A stretch of 64,000 nt of DNA from Obrimoposthia wandeli (lineage: Eukaryota), in the NCBI GenBank assembly GCA_977020255.1, contig CDROCS010000107.1, positions 1 to 64,000 of the forward strand, in the 5' to 3' direction. The translations under genes were made by a program, and so were the position numbers. A model generated the notes under the pieces. It was not told the origin of the DNA, did no database searches, and saw nothing but the letters and a program-made list of their open reading frames with translations. Shown piece by piece: positions 10,408 through 20,853 of this stretch. How positions within the stretch are numbered: the first letter of the stretch is position 1; every line of letters starts with the position of its first letter.

Positions 10408-12303
10408 TTACTGGTTCATATCTTCTTTTCGCTTGCGATGCAGCGCGGCGATTTCTTCGAGATACTGCTTGGCTTGTTGTTTTACTTCGCTGGATAAATT
10501 ACTTTTCAGAGAGCTCTTTTGGCGTTTGATATCGTGGTAGGCGAGGTCATTTTTAAGCTCGCGTACACACTCCCAGCTGTCGACAAAAAGTTGTTGAAAA
10601 TTCTCATCAGGGCAGGGATTAAGGCGCGAAATTTCGCTGATCAATAGCAGTTTGCTGGCGTATTTCTGATCGTCTTGCCAATCAATTAACATTTGTCCAA
10701 TACTTGCTTGAGGATGCTGTTGCCAATAATCGGTGAGCAGAGCTAGGACATCACTATTGATTTCATCTATTAGCTCAATATTGCTGATAGGCTCGACGCA
10801 TTGTAATAGATTTGGTCGGTGTAGAAGTAGTGATATCGTGCGATTTATCAGGCTAATATTCGCGGTCCGTTTTTGGCTGCGCGGAGCTCTTCTTGGTGCT
10901 GAACGAGCCTGATGTACTGGCTGGTTGTCGTAATACTGAGAATCAGGGCTCTGGTTATCGTAGCCATTATATTCGCTTTCTGGTTGCTCTGGCTGATAGC
11001 TGGGTTGTAAGTGATTGGTGCTGACCATCTGCTCCATCGATAAGCCAGTAACTTCGCTGATCCGATCGTTCATCATTTGTCGGACTAAGCTTTGCGGCAT
11101 CTTTTGAATCAGAGGCAGGGCTTGGCTACTAAAAAGCGCGCGGCCATCGATAGACTGCATATCTAAATTTTTTGACAGGCTGTCAAAGAAGTATTCAGAC
11201 ATTGAAGTGGACCCATCGAGTAGTTGCTCGAAGTGCTCGCAGCCTTTTTCCCGCACCAGAGTATCGGGATCCTCTCCTTGAGGAAGAAAGAGGAACTTGG
11301 CCTGTTGGCCGTCGCGAATCATTGACATCACTGTTTCTAGAGCGCGCTGTGCCGCCTTTAATCCCGCCTGATCTCCGTCAAAGCAAAAGACTACTTCGGG
11401 AACAATTTTAAACAGTCTTTCTAGATGGTGCCCGCTAGTGGCTGTGCCCAGAGTAGCAACGCTGTAGTTAATGCCAAATTGGGCGAGGCTAACGACATCC
11501 ATATAACCTTCAACAATAACAATTCGCGTTAGTTTTCGGTTGGCTTGGCGAGCTTCATAGAGGCCGTAGAGTTCTCTGCCTTTGTGGAATGTATCGGTTT
11601 CTGGAGAGTTGAGGTATTTTGGTTTGGCATCGCCCAATACGCGCCCGCCGAAGGCGATGACTCGTCCACGCATATCGCGAATTGGGAACATGATCCTCTC
11701 GCGAAACCGATCATAAAGGCTGTCTTTTTCTTCATGGCGAATCAGCATGCCGCTGAGTTCCAAGTGTTTTTGATCGCTATCGCTTTGACCGACACTTTTG
11801 ATTAAGTTGTCCCAGCCAGGAGGTGCGTAGCCAATATTAAATGTTCTGGCAATTTTTCCGTCTAGCCCGCGTCCTTTCAGATAGTCTACAGCTTGTTGGC
11901 GCTGGGCACTGTTTTTAAGTTGTGACTGGTAATAATTTGAAGAGAGCTCAAGCATGCGAAACTGAGCTTGATACATCTGATCGTTTTTTTGGTGCGCGTT
12001 GTCATCTTTTGGTACTTCCAAGCCCGCTCTTTTGGCTAGTTCTTCCACTGCTTGTGGGAAGGGAAGGTTTTCAAATTCAGTGACAAATGTGATAGCGTTG
12101 CCGCCGGCACCGCAGCCAAAGCAATAGTAAAACTGCTTGTCGGGGCTGACAGAGAATGAAGGGGATTTTTCATTGTGAAAAGGGCAGAGTCCCGAGTAGT
12201 TCTTACCTGCTTTTTTTAGGTTTACTCGACCATCGATTACATCGACAATATCTGTACGCGCGAGTAAATCATCGAGGAAAGCTTGCGAAATTCGGGCAGA
12301 CAT
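10408..12303 (-). CDS. dnaG: DNA primase
   Basis: Zn finger CPFH..CFGC, TOPRIM VVEGYMDV/FDGD; operon context. Confidence 0.98.
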   Translation of the reverse strand: MSARISQAFLDDLLARTDIVDVIDGRVNLKKAGKNYSGLCPFHNEKSPSFSVSPDKQFYYCFGCGAGGNAITFVTEFENLPFPQAVEELAKRAGLEVPKDDNAHQKNDQMYQAQFRMLELSSNYYQSQLKNSAQRQQAVDYLKGRGLDGKIARTFNIGYAPPGWDNLIKSVGQSDSDQKHLELSGMLIRHEEKDSLYDRFRERIMFPIRDMRGRVIAFGGRVLGDAKPKYLNSPETDTFHKGRELYGLYEARQANRKLTRIVIVEGYMDVVSLAQFGINYSVATLGTATSGHHLERLFKIVPEVVFCFDGDQAGLKAAQRALETVMSMIRDGQQAKFLFLPQGEDPDTLVREKGCEHFEQLLDGSTSMSEYFFDSLSKNLDMQSIDGRALFSSQALPLIQKMPQSLVRQMMNDRISEVTGLSMEQMVSTNHLQPSYQPEQPESEYNGYDNQSPDSQYYDNQPVHQARSAPRRAPRSQKRTANISLINRTISLLLHRPNLLQCVEPISNIELIDEINSDVLALLTDYWQQHPQASIGQMLIDWQDDQKYASKLLLISEISRLNPCPDENFQQLFVDSWECVRELKNDLAYHDIKRQKSSLKSNLSSEVKQQAKQYLEEIAALHRKRKEDMNQ

Positions 12304-12347
12304 ATAAAAAATACTCAAAAAAGCAAAGAACTTATTGCGTGGCTACT

Positions 12348-12797
12348 TTAGCTGTTGAGTGCTTGTTTTACTAGCCTAGATACAGCCGCCATATCGGCGC
12401 GCCCTTGTAACTTTGGTTTTAGTGAAGCCATCAGCGTGCCCATATCAGCCATACTGGCTGCAGCTGTTTCGCTGATTGCACTTTGCACTAGTGTGTTGAT
12501 TTCGTCATCGTTTAGCGGTTGCGGCAAGTAGTGTTTAATCACCTCCAGTTCTTGTCGCTCAATGTCCGCCAGATCATCGCGGTCCGCTTGAATATACTGC
12601 GTTAGTGAGTCTTTGCGTTGTTTGGACATTTTATCCAATACGCTCATCACCCTTGTATCGTCCAGCTCTATGCGCTCGTCAATTTCGATGCGCTTGAGTT
12701 CAGCCAAAATCATACGAATGGTCCCCAATCGAGTTTTTTCTTTCGCTCTCATGGCTGTTTTCATATCAGCAGTTAACTGCTGTTTTAATATTGACAT
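12348..12797 (-). CDS. yqeY: GatB/YqeY-domain protein
   Basis: MKTAMRAKEKTRLGTIRM...KQRKDSLTQY...GRADM; between rpsU and dnaG. Confidence 0.93.
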   Translation of the reverse strand: MSILKQQLTADMKTAMRAKEKTRLGTIRMILAELKRIEIDERIELDDTRVMSVLDKMSKQRKDSLTQYIQADRDDLADIERQELEVIKHYLPQPLNDDEINTLVQSAISETAAASMADMGTLMASLKPKLQGRADMAAVSRLVKQALNS

Positions 12798-12876
12798 TAC
12801 TCTGACCTATTGCCGGTAACTATATAAAATAATATTTTGATACAACGCTAATCAGGAATAAAAACTGATTTAGTTC

Positions 12877-13092
12877 TTAGTAAAGACGTACGCGGCGTGA
12901 AACATCGCGAGAAACTTTTTTCGCGTGACGCTTAACTGCTGCAGCGGCTTGGCGCTTGCGAACGGCTGTTGGCTTTTCGTAGAATTCACGACGACGAACT
13001 TCTGCTAGTACACCGGCTTTCTCGCATGAACGCTTGAAACGACGAAGTGCAACATCAAATGGCTCGTTATCTTTTACTCTAACTGCTGGCAT
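12877..13092 (-). CDS. rpsU: 30S ribosomal protein S21
   Basis: [27 protein letters not shown], canonical S21. Confidence 0.99.
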   Translation of the reverse strand: MPAVRVKDNEPFDVALRRFKRSCEKAGVLAEVRRREFYEKPTAVRKRQAAAAVKRHAKKVSRDVSRRVRLY

Positions 13093-13177
13093 GTTTATAA
13101 CCTAAATATAATGAATGAAATTCGATAAACTAAACTTCTGGTTAATTTCTAACCATTGATCTGTCGATCGAGCGCAA

Positions 13178-13206
13178 ATTTTACAGCCCATCATAGACCT
13201 TGTCAA
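13178..13206 (-). promoter_or_regulatory. Sigma70 promoter of rpsU-yqeY-dnaG-rpoD
   Basis: TTGACA-17 nt-TAAAAT then TTGCGCTC. Confidence 0.8.
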
Positions 13207-13358
13207 AGATTATGAGTGTAAATTGTAGTAGTGAGTGGTTTTTTTTCACTGTATCGATAGGCGAGTGTGCTAATGGTAGGTAATGGCGATAATCGTAGTG
13301 AATCTAGGCTTGTTTTCAGCGATAATAGCCTGCTTATATTTATAGCTGAGAGTGAATA

Positions 13359-14384
13359 ATGCGAGTACTAGGTGTCGAGACTTCTTGTGACGAAACGGGA
13401 GTTGCTATCTACGATAGTGAGAAGGGGCTTCTAGCTGATGCGTTGTATAGCCAAGTGGCCATGCATGCAGAGTATGGTGGTGTTGTGCCAGAACTGGCAT
13501 CACGCGATCACATTCGTAAACTCCTACCGCTGATTGAACAAGTACTTAATGAAGCACAAACCAGTGCCGAGCAAATAGATGCAGTCGCTTTTACGGCAGG
13601 GCCTGGATTAGTCGGAGCATTAATGGTTGGTTCGGCCACCGCTAGAGCACTGGCTTTCGGCTGGGGCGTACCAGCTTTAGGTGTTCATCATATGGAAGGG
13701 CATTTGCTTGCGCCTATGCTAGAGAAAACCCCACCGAACTTTCCTTTTGTTGCGCTGTTGGTGAGTGGCGGCCACACCCAGCTGGTCGATGTTAAAGGAA
13801 TAGGGCAGTACCAGCTATTAGGTGAGTCTTTAGATGATGCCGCGGGAGAGGCCTTTGATAAAGCGGCTAAAATGTTGGGTATGGATTACCCCGGTGGTCC
13901 TCTCATTGCCAAATTGGCAACGCAGGGAGATATTACCCGTTTTAAATTTCCACGCCCTATGGTTGATAGGCCTGGTATGGACATGAGTTTTTCAGGTTTA
14001 AAAACTTTCACTTTGAATACAGTCAATAAACACAAAGAAGAAGGTGTCGTTGACGGTCAAACTAAGGCCGATATTGCCGCTGCTTTTGAAGAGGCTGTCT
14101 GCGATACTTTGGCAATTAAATGTAAGCGCGCCTTGTTACATACTGGCTATAAACAGCTAGTTATTGCGGGAGGCGTGAGTGCCAACAAGCGATTACGTGA
14201 AAAGTTAGAGGTAATGGTCAGTGCGAACCGGGCGAGTCTCTTTTATGCCCGACCTGAATTTTGCACCGATAATGGTGCAATGATCGCGTTTGCTGGATGT
14301 CAGCGATTAGTTGCTGGGCAACATGATGATTTGACCATTCAAGCGCGCCCGCGCTGGCCTATGGATGAATTGGCTCCATTATAA
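13359..14384 (+). CDS. tsaD: tRNA N6-adenosine threonylcarbamoyltransferase
   Basis: [32 protein letters not shown] motifs. Confidence 0.98.
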   Translation: MRVLGVETSCDETGVAIYDSEKGLLADALYSQVAMHAEYGGVVPELASRDHIRKLLPLIEQVLNEAQTSAEQIDAVAFTAGPGLVGALMVGSATARALAFGWGVPALGVHHMEGHLLAPMLEKTPPNFPFVALLVSGGHTQLVDVKGIGQYQLLGESLDDAAGEAFDKAAKMLGMDYPGGPLIAKLATQGDITRFKFPRPMVDRPGMDMSFSGLKTFTLNTVNKHKEEGVVDGQTKADIAAAFEEAVCDTLAIKCKRALLHTGYKQLVIAGGVSANKRLREKLEVMVSANRASLFYARPEFCTDNGAMIAFAGCQRLVAGQHDDLTIQARPRWPMDELAPL

Positions 14385-14451
14385 AAAGTATATGTTTAAG
14401 CGAGTCTAGAGCTCGCGTCACTAATAAATTGCAGATGAGAGCTTTAATAGA

Positions 14452-14829
14452 ATGGACATAGTATTTATCCGCCAGCTAAAAATAGACACGGTAATTGGTA
14501 TTTTTGACTGGGAGAGAGAAATTAAGCAAACCGTTAGTTTGGATCTCGATATGGCTGTCGATATAACGGCAGCAGCAGCGGGGGATGATATTGATAATAC
14601 AGTGAGTTATAAGAGTGTCAGTGATCGATTATTAACGTTTATCGGTGACAGTGAGTTTTTACTCGTAGAGACAATGGCTCAGGAAATCGCTCAGCTTGTG
14701 ATGCAAGAGTTTTCGGTGCCTTGGCTGCGTTTACGTGTGGCCAAACCCGGCGCTATTCCTCAGGCAAGTGATGTTGGTGTAGTGATTGAGCGAGGGGTTC
14801 GTCCCGCTATTGCCAATTACGGTAACTAA
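14452..14829 (+). CDS. folB: Dihydroneopterin aldolase
   Basis: MDIVFI..IGIFDWER..LVET..KPGA pattern. Confidence 0.95.
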   Translation: MDIVFIRQLKIDTVIGIFDWEREIKQTVSLDLDMAVDITAAAAGDDIDNTVSYKSVSDRLLTFIGDSEFLLVETMAQEIAQLVMQEFSVPWLRLRVAKPGAIPQASDVGVVIERGVRPAIANYGN

Positions 14830-14831
14830 TC

Positions 14832-15341
14832 ATGGCATTGGGTCGTATCTATTTAGCACTGGGTAGTAATACCTGTGCAGAGCATAATATTAGCAGTGCC
14901 TTACGTCGTTTACATCAACGCTTTGGCTCGCTGTCTATCTCTAATGTTTATCGTAGTCGCCCGCTGCTAGGTGATGGCGAAGACTATCTCAACTTGGTCG
15001 TTAGCTTTGCTTTCCAGGGAGATATAGAGACGCTAAAAACTCGACTGATCGCGATTGAAGATGAACACGGCCGCTTACGTGGAAATCAAGCTCAGGGTGC
15101 TACGAGTTTAGACTTAGATATTCTCTCACTACAGCAGCTGGGTGCAAAAGCGAAGCAATTAACTGTGCCGGCGGAAGTACTTGACCGCAGTTTTGTGATT
15201 GCTCCACTGGCTCAATTGGCGCCCAATGTGATCGAGTGTCATTCTGGGCTCAGCTTTGCTCAGCTGTGGCTGCAAATGGATAAAAGTATTCATCCATTGA
15301 CTGAAGTTTTCCTAGAGAGTGTCTGCGATGCAACAAGCTGA
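14832..15341 (+). CDS. folK: HPPK (FolK) homologue, divergent
   Basis: YLALGSN, YLNLVV, LDLDIL motifs; directly after folB. Confidence 0.85.
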   Translation: MALGRIYLALGSNTCAEHNISSALRRLHQRFGSLSISNVYRSRPLLGDGEDYLNLVVSFAFQGDIETLKTRLIAIEDEHGRLRGNQAQGATSLDLDILSLQQLGAKAKQLTVPAEVLDRSFVIAPLAQLAPNVIECHSGLSFAQLWLQMDKSIHPLTEVFLESVCDATS

Positions 15342-15519
15342 AAGTAAGGTGCGCAGTCCGTGTATGGGAGTCTGCGCTTTGGATGACAATGACCTATGTA
15401 TAGCCTGTCGACGCAGCGGAAGTGAGATTACTCAATGGGGGCGTTACACTCAAGCACAGCGCCGCCAAGTGCTGTGTAATATTGAACAGCGTTTTAAAGA
15501 TGAAGAAAGTGGTGCTTGA
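15328..15519 (+). CDS. DUF1289-family small Cys protein
   Basis: SPCMGVCALD...CIACRRSGSEITQW pattern. Confidence 0.85.
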   Translation: MQQAESKVRSPCMGVCALDDNDLCIACRRSGSEITQWGRYTQAQRRQVLCNIEQRFKDEESGA

Positions 15520-15830
15520 TGGCTCGTAGGTTTACATACCCAGCGCGGCCTAACTTAACTCCCTCACATATAATGCTATTGTTTTAGTCTCTAATAGCTA
15601 TAGTAATTATCTCTACCTTGGTGGCTTGCCTAAATGCTCTAACTGACTTATGTTTATCTCCTGTCAAAATGTCGAGTAGTTATTTAGTTTCCATCCTGAA
15701 ACAGATATTTACTGAGAACGTGTCACTGGACCAATTTGGGCCGCTCTAGATATTGTTATTTTTCTGTCCTAGTAGCCTTTCTTGATCTGTGAAGCGCTCT
15801 CGTTACGGCTCTTTCTGGATGAAATTAGTC

Positions 15831-17135
15831 ATGAACCAGCAGAACTTCTCTGCCAACCTCTCAATGCAGCCAATGCCTGAATCACTGTGGGCTGCTACAG
15901 CGCAGCCTTTCAATGCGCCACAGCTTGAGTCTGATTTCAAAGTAGATGTGCTGGTTGTGGGTGGTGGTTATACAGGTTTGAATTGCGCCTTAAAACTTCG
16001 CCAATCTGGCCTCCAAGTGGCGCTGCTCGAAAGTAGCTCTATAGGTTATGGCGGGTCGGGGCGTAATGTTGGCTTAGTCAATGCTGGGTTGTGGATGCCA
16101 CCTGATGAAATCAACCACATTATCGGCGATGACTTTGGTAATCGGCTTTACAGCGAACTCAGCTCGGCCCCGAAGCGCGTTTTTGAGTTGATTGAACAAC
16201 ATCAAATCGACTGTGAGCTAGAACGTAATGGCACCTTACAACTAGCGCGATCTAGGCGCGGAGTAAAAGAGCTAGAGATACGCTTTGCTCAATTACAGGG
16301 GCGTAATGAGCCGGTCACTTGGCTTGATGGAGCAGCGACTGAGCAGGCATTGGGGTCTTCATTCTATCAATATGCGATTCACGATGCCCGTGCAGGTACT
16401 ATTCAGCCTCTCGCTTATGCCCGTGGTCTAGCAAGAGCCTGTCTCGCTGAAGGTGTTTCACTATATGAATCCTCGCCCGTACAGCAGTTACAAATACAAG
16501 GAGGTGTCTGGCAGGCGAAAACAGCAAAAGGTAGTATCAATGCCGGCAAAGTTGTTCTCGCGACCAATGGCTACTCAAGTAATCTGCTACCGAAAATGCA
16601 ACAGAGTTTCACCCCGGTACATTACTTCCAGTTGGCCAGTGCGCCGCTAACGCAACAGCAGCAAGCAATAATTTTAGCGGGTAAGCAGGGATGCTGGGAT
16701 ACCGGACTAGTGATGACTTCGTTGCGCCTTGATCGAAGTGGGCGACTAATTATTGGAAGTGTAGGTAAAATAACCGATGGACGTTCTTCAGCGTATTTAG
16801 CGCAATGGGGCGCACGAGTCGTCGCTAGGATCTTTCCCTTTTTACCGAAACAAGAGTGGCAGTACACTTGGTCTGGGCAAATAGCTTATAGCGATGATCA
16901 TTTACCGCACTTGCATCAGCTAGCTCCTGGATTAGTGACTGTTATGGGGTACAGTGGACGAGGTATCGGTCCCGGGACCGTGATGGGGCAATGGTTGGCG
17001 CAATTTGTCAGTGGCGCTAATATCGAGGACCTACCATTACCGGTGACTGAGCCACAAAGTATTAACTACCGCAATATCAAACAGCATTACTATCGTTTTG
17101 GCAGTGACCTTTATCACAGCGTTCATCCGTTATAG
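15831..17135 (+). CDS. FAD-dependent oxidoreductase (DAO/PuuB-like)
   Basis: VVGGGYTG FAD motif, GGSGRNVGLVNAG, GYSGRG; start could be 15819. Confidence 0.9.
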   Translation: MNQQNFSANLSMQPMPESLWAATAQPFNAPQLESDFKVDVLVVGGGYTGLNCALKLRQSGLQVALLESSSIGYGGSGRNVGLVNAGLWMPPDEINHIIGDDFGNRLYSELSSAPKRVFELIEQHQIDCELERNGTLQLARSRRGVKELEIRFAQLQGRNEPVTWLDGAATEQALGSSFYQYAIHDARAGTIQPLAYARGLARACLAEGVSLYESSPVQQLQIQGGVWQAKTAKGSINAGKVVLATNGYSSNLLPKMQQSFTPVHYFQLASAPLTQQQQAIILAGKQGCWDTGLVMTSLRLDRSGRLIIGSVGKITDGRSSAYLAQWGARVVARIFPFLPKQEWQYTWSGQIAYSDDHLPHLHQLAPGLVTVMGYSGRGIGPGTVMGQWLAQFVSGANIEDLPLPVTEPQSINYRNIKQHYYRFGSDLYHSVHPL

Positions 17136-17246
17136 GAGGGGATAGCATCAATACAGCTGAAACAGTCTTAACAATAGATCCAATAGTTAAATATTCAGCG
17201 CTCATCTGATAAGTGAGTAGGCTCCACCAATCTGATGCTTTTTTAT

Positions 17247-17432
17247 TCAATAACTACGCTCAGGAACACCATCGTTGTCTAAATTGAGCCTAATAACATC
17301 GCTGGCACGTGCATTTTTAGGTATGCCAACCAGGATACCAATAAGATTGTTCAAACTACTTTTCGCTAATTTACCATCAATAATTGTAACCAGTGTCGAT
17401 GCATGAGCCGTGGGTTTATATGTTCTGGCCAT
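17247..17432 (-). CDS. Small hypothetical protein (61 aa)
   Basis: AAGGA RBS 9 nt before the ATG; sits alone in an otherwise non-coding gap. Confidence 0.4.
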   Translation of the reverse strand: MARTYKPTAHASTLVTIIDGKLAKSSLNNLIGILVGIPKNARASDVIRLNLDNDGVPERSY

Positions 17433-17688
17433 AGTGTCTCATCCTTGGGGTCGTTACATTAACAACAGCTAATTATCGTTAACGAAACGTCCATGATTAT
17501 TAGATAGGGTATTTATCAATAGTATTAAATACCAATTTTCTTTGGCTTCGATAATTTTTATATCAGACTAAAATAACTATGTTGCTTTATGGTGTATGTG
17601 ATTCGCACGCTCTGAGGTTTGACAAGTACTAGGATAATGGAATGTGTGCTGTGAATGAGGGGGAAGTAAAAGCGTAAAAGTAAGAAGT

Positions 17689-18927
17689 TTACAGACCAAA
17701 GCGCTGAGGTAAAAATGCCGATGGTAATGGGCTAGTGCTCGTCATCATCTGGGCCAAAATTTCACCGCTAGCAGGTCCGGTAGAAAAGCCTATATGCTGG
17801 TGACCTGTGTTGAGCCAAAGTCCCGAATGTTGGGTGGGACCTATTGCAGGCATACTGTCAGGCAATGTTGGCCGCGCGCCTTGCCACTGGGTGCGATAAT
17901 CTGAGTTAAAGTCTAAAGCGGTTGTCGCGTTGCGCTGGGCCAACTCCATTTGCGCCATAGAGTAGGGAGTGGCAATGTCACTCAATTCAACACCGCAGGT
18001 GATACGTATGCCATCATCGACAGGGGTTAAAACATAACCTCCTTCGACATCGTGAATGGGGACTTGCAGTGCAATATTACTGTCGCGCAGGTATTCACGG
18101 TGCGCACCTCGCTCAAAGAACATGGGTAAATTAATACCAAGAGGAGTCAGTAACGATTTTGACCAAGGCCCTGCAGCAATAACTAGCTGCGGATAAGCAT
18201 ACCGTTCTCCATGACTGGCCGTTAGCTGCCAAGTGTTATCAATTTTTTTGATGGTAGTAATTTTTTGATTTAAAAAAACACCACCGCGGCGAGCGAATAA
18301 ATCAGCATACCGTTTTACTAAGAGGCCGGGTGAGGCGACTGAAACGGCATCTTCTATAAAAAGTGCCGCCTCGAAAATATCTTTCAGTGCCGGGGCGAAT
18401 TCACGTAATTGAGCACGATCAAGCTGCGTTGTTGCTACCTCGTATTGACAAAAAATGTTTCTCTCGTACTGTGCATTAGCTAATGTTTGGCGTTGACGAT
18501 AGAGCCTGAGCCAGCCAGATTTTCGCAGTAGTTCGCTACAGTTCGCAGCACTAGCATATTGGCTATGTAGGGCGCTAGACTGTTCAATTAACTGCTGCAG
18601 TACAGCAATACGGGGAGCTGTAAGGCGCTGGCTACTCAGCCTGATAAACCGGCTCAGAGGTTTGATTTGCCGTAAAGTGTAGGGGAGTTTGTAGCGAAAG
18701 CCGTTACTTTTATTTTTAAGTAACGTCGGTAATTGGTGAATCAAGTTTGGGTTATTTATCGGTAATAGCGAGCTGGGCGTAATCATTCCCGCATTGCCAA
18801 AGGAGCTTTCTTCCCCAGGTGCTTTGCTGTCGATCAAGCACACTTTGAATCCTTTAGCTTGGAGTGCAAGCGCGCTACATACTCCCACCATGCCCGCCCC
18901 TAAAACGGCAACTTCTCTCGGTTGCAT
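17689..18927 (-). CDS. FAD-dependent D-amino-acid dehydrogenase-like oxidoreductase
   Basis: LGAGMVG, SSFGNAG, GARPTLPDSMPAIG, GHQHIGF motifs; ATG directly follows the dctM stop. Confidence 0.9.
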   Translation of the reverse strand: MQPREVAVLGAGMVGVCSALALQAKGFKVCLIDSKAPGEESSFGNAGMITPSSLLPINNPNLIHQLPTLLKNKSNGFRYKLPYTLRQIKPLSRFIRLSSQRLTAPRIAVLQQLIEQSSALHSQYASAANCSELLRKSGWLRLYRQRQTLANAQYERNIFCQYEVATTQLDRAQLREFAPALKDIFEAALFIEDAVSVASPGLLVKRYADLFARRGGVFLNQKITTIKKIDNTWQLTASHGERYAYPQLVIAAGPWSKSLLTPLGINLPMFFERGAHREYLRDSNIALQVPIHDVEGGYVLTPVDDGIRITCGVELSDIATPYSMAQMELAQRNATTALDFNSDYRTQWQGARPTLPDSMPAIGPTQHSGLWLNTGHQHIGFSTGPASGEILAQMMTSTSPLPSAFLPQRFGL

Positions 18928-20235
18928 TTAAGGGCGCTCGCGCATTTGTTCAGGTAGCCAAGTGGCTATCTCTGGGATAAAGATGAGCACAAATATCATC
19001 AATAGCATAATGAGAAACATTGGGATGGCGGTGCGGGCGATGTAACCAATTTGGTAGCCGGTCATGCCTTGTAGTACAAAGAGGTTAAAACCGATGGGAG
19101 GGGTTATCTGCGCCATCTCTACTACCACCACAATGAAGATACCAAACCAAATCACATCGATGCCAGCTTGGCGAATCATCGGCTCAACAATTGCAATCGT
19201 TAATACAACCGCTGAAATACCATCCAGAAAGCAGCCTATTACAATATAAAACAGTAGCAGGGCTATCAGTAGCTCAAAGCGACTGAGTTCCATCGTGGCA
19301 ATCCACTGTGCTAATGCTCTTGGCAGACCGGTAAATCCCATTGAAAGCGAGAGAAAGGAGGCGCCCATTAAAATTAACGCGATCATTGCAGAAGTACTAA
19401 CCGCACCTAACATGCTAGCTTTGAAGGTCGCTATATTCATAGAACCCTGCGCCATCGCTAAGCCAAAGGCGCCGATAACACCAAAGGCGGCGGCCTCAGT
19501 GGCAGTGGCTATACCGCTATACATAGAGCCAATAACAAAGAGAACGAGCACCAGTACTGGAATAAGAAAGCGTGAGGCGCTCAATTTTTCCTTAAAAGTC
19601 GTGGCGGCGTCTCGGATAATGTCGCCCCGGCCCACGACAATAGAGTAGATTGCCACGTAGAGCATAAAGAGAGAGGCCAGTATTAAACCTGGCACGATGC
19701 CAGCGAGAAAGAGCTTAGAAATTGATTCATTGATCGTCACGCCATAGACAATCAAGGTGAGAGATGGGGGGATCATTAACCCTAAAGTAGCAGCGCCAGC
19801 CAAGGTGCCGATAATTAAGTGGCGCGGATAGTTTCGCTTTTCTAATTCAGGGATCGACATTTTCCCCACGGTCGTCAAGGTGGCGGCAGAGGAGCCCGAT
19901 ACTGCGGCGAATATAGTGCAGCCAACTATATTGGTGTGTAGTAATCCACCTGGCAGGCCGGATAACCAAGGTGATAGTCCTTTAAAGAGGTCTTGTGAGA
20001 GCTTGGTGCGAAAAAGAATTTCACCCATCCAAATAAATAAGGGTAATGCCGTGAGGGACCAGCTGGTTGATGAAGACCAGATAGTTGTCAACATGGCATC
20101 TCCAGCGGGGCGAGAGGTAAATAGTTCGATGCCCACTATCGCGACCCCCATCAGGGCAAAGCCTACCCAAACACCGGTTCCCAACAATAGGAAAAGTACG
20201 AAAAGAAAGATCGAAATGAGTTCAATGTGCTCCAT
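18928..20235 (-). CDS. dctM: TRAP transporter large permease (DctM)
   Basis: ALPLFIWMGEIL, GSSAAT, TLGLMIPPS, ITPPIGFNLFV. Confidence 0.95.
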   Translation of the reverse strand: MEHIELISIFLFVLFLLLGTGVWVGFALMGVAIVGIELFTSRPAGDAMLTTIWSSSTSWSLTALPLFIWMGEILFRTKLSQDLFKGLSPWLSGLPGGLLHTNIVGCTIFAAVSGSSAATLTTVGKMSIPELEKRNYPRHLIIGTLAGAATLGLMIPPSLTLIVYGVTINESISKLFLAGIVPGLILASLFMLYVAIYSIVVGRGDIIRDAATTFKEKLSASRFLIPVLVLVLFVIGSMYSGIATATEAAAFGVIGAFGLAMAQGSMNIATFKASMLGAVSTSAMIALILMGASFLSLSMGFTGLPRALAQWIATMELSRFELLIALLLFYIVIGCFLDGISAVVLTIAIVEPMIRQAGIDVIWFGIFIVVVVEMAQITPPIGFNLFVLQGMTGYQIGYIARTAIPMFLIMLLMIFVLIFIPEIATWLPEQMRERP

Positions 20236-20243
20236 GACTTTAC

Positions 20244-20762
20244 CTACTCCTGATGTATCGCAGTATCACTGTTAATGGACGTGGCATCACGAGTACTAAG
20301 CAATAGCCATAATCTCTCGCTAAGCACGAGCGCGAGAATAAATGTGCCGGCTCCAGACACTAGTTGTGGGATCCACAGGGGTGTTGCATCTTGTCCTTGT
20401 GAGACATCGTGAAATTTGTATGACCAAAACGTCATTTTGAAGGCGTAATAACAGAAATAATAAGCCAATCCAGTGGCTATGGAATGGCACCATAGCTCTA
20501 GTGCTAGTCGATACTTGGCGGATAAATTTAAAAAAAGGGATACTCTTATATGGCTGTTATGGTGCATTGCGTAACTCAAACCAAAAAATGATGCCCCAGC
20601 CATACAATAGCCGGCGTAATTGGTGATGCCAGGTGTGGAGTAGCCAATCAAACGCCCAGTTACTTGGATGATAATCAATCCGAGTATAGCGATTAAGAAC
20701 GCGGCAGCAATATAGCCACAACCATTGAATAAGGCATGTAAAAGGCGTCTAGGGGTTGTCAT
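20244..20762 (-). CDS. dctQ: TRAP transporter small permease (DctQ)
   Basis: Four TM segments, HIRV and PLWIPQ; between dctP and dctM. Confidence 0.92.
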   Translation of the reverse strand: MTTPRRLLHALFNGCGYIAAAFLIAILGLIIIQVTGRLIGYSTPGITNYAGYCMAGASFFGLSYAMHHNSHIRVSLFLNLSAKYRLALELWCHSIATGLAYYFCYYAFKMTFWSYKFHDVSQGQDATPLWIPQLVSGAGTFILALVLSERLWLLLSTRDATSINSDTAIHQE

Positions 20763-20853
20763 ACGAAATACCTATTACCAAGATGATATAAGAGGGTTGT
20801 CAAATGGAATTATAAAAAGTACTAGCGAGCAGTTTCACTAGTACTTTACTCGT

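Noticed and set aside
10850-11020. Q/P/Y/S-rich segment in DnaG
   Set aside because: Corresponds to the variable linker before the helicase-binding domain, which is expected to be low-complexity.
8298-12819. Plus-strand ORFs overlapping rpoD, dnaG and yqeY (and similar antisense ORFs over dctM, sulP, ppiA, yceI)
   Set aside because: Shadow ORFs opposite well-conserved genes; no motifs or RBS.
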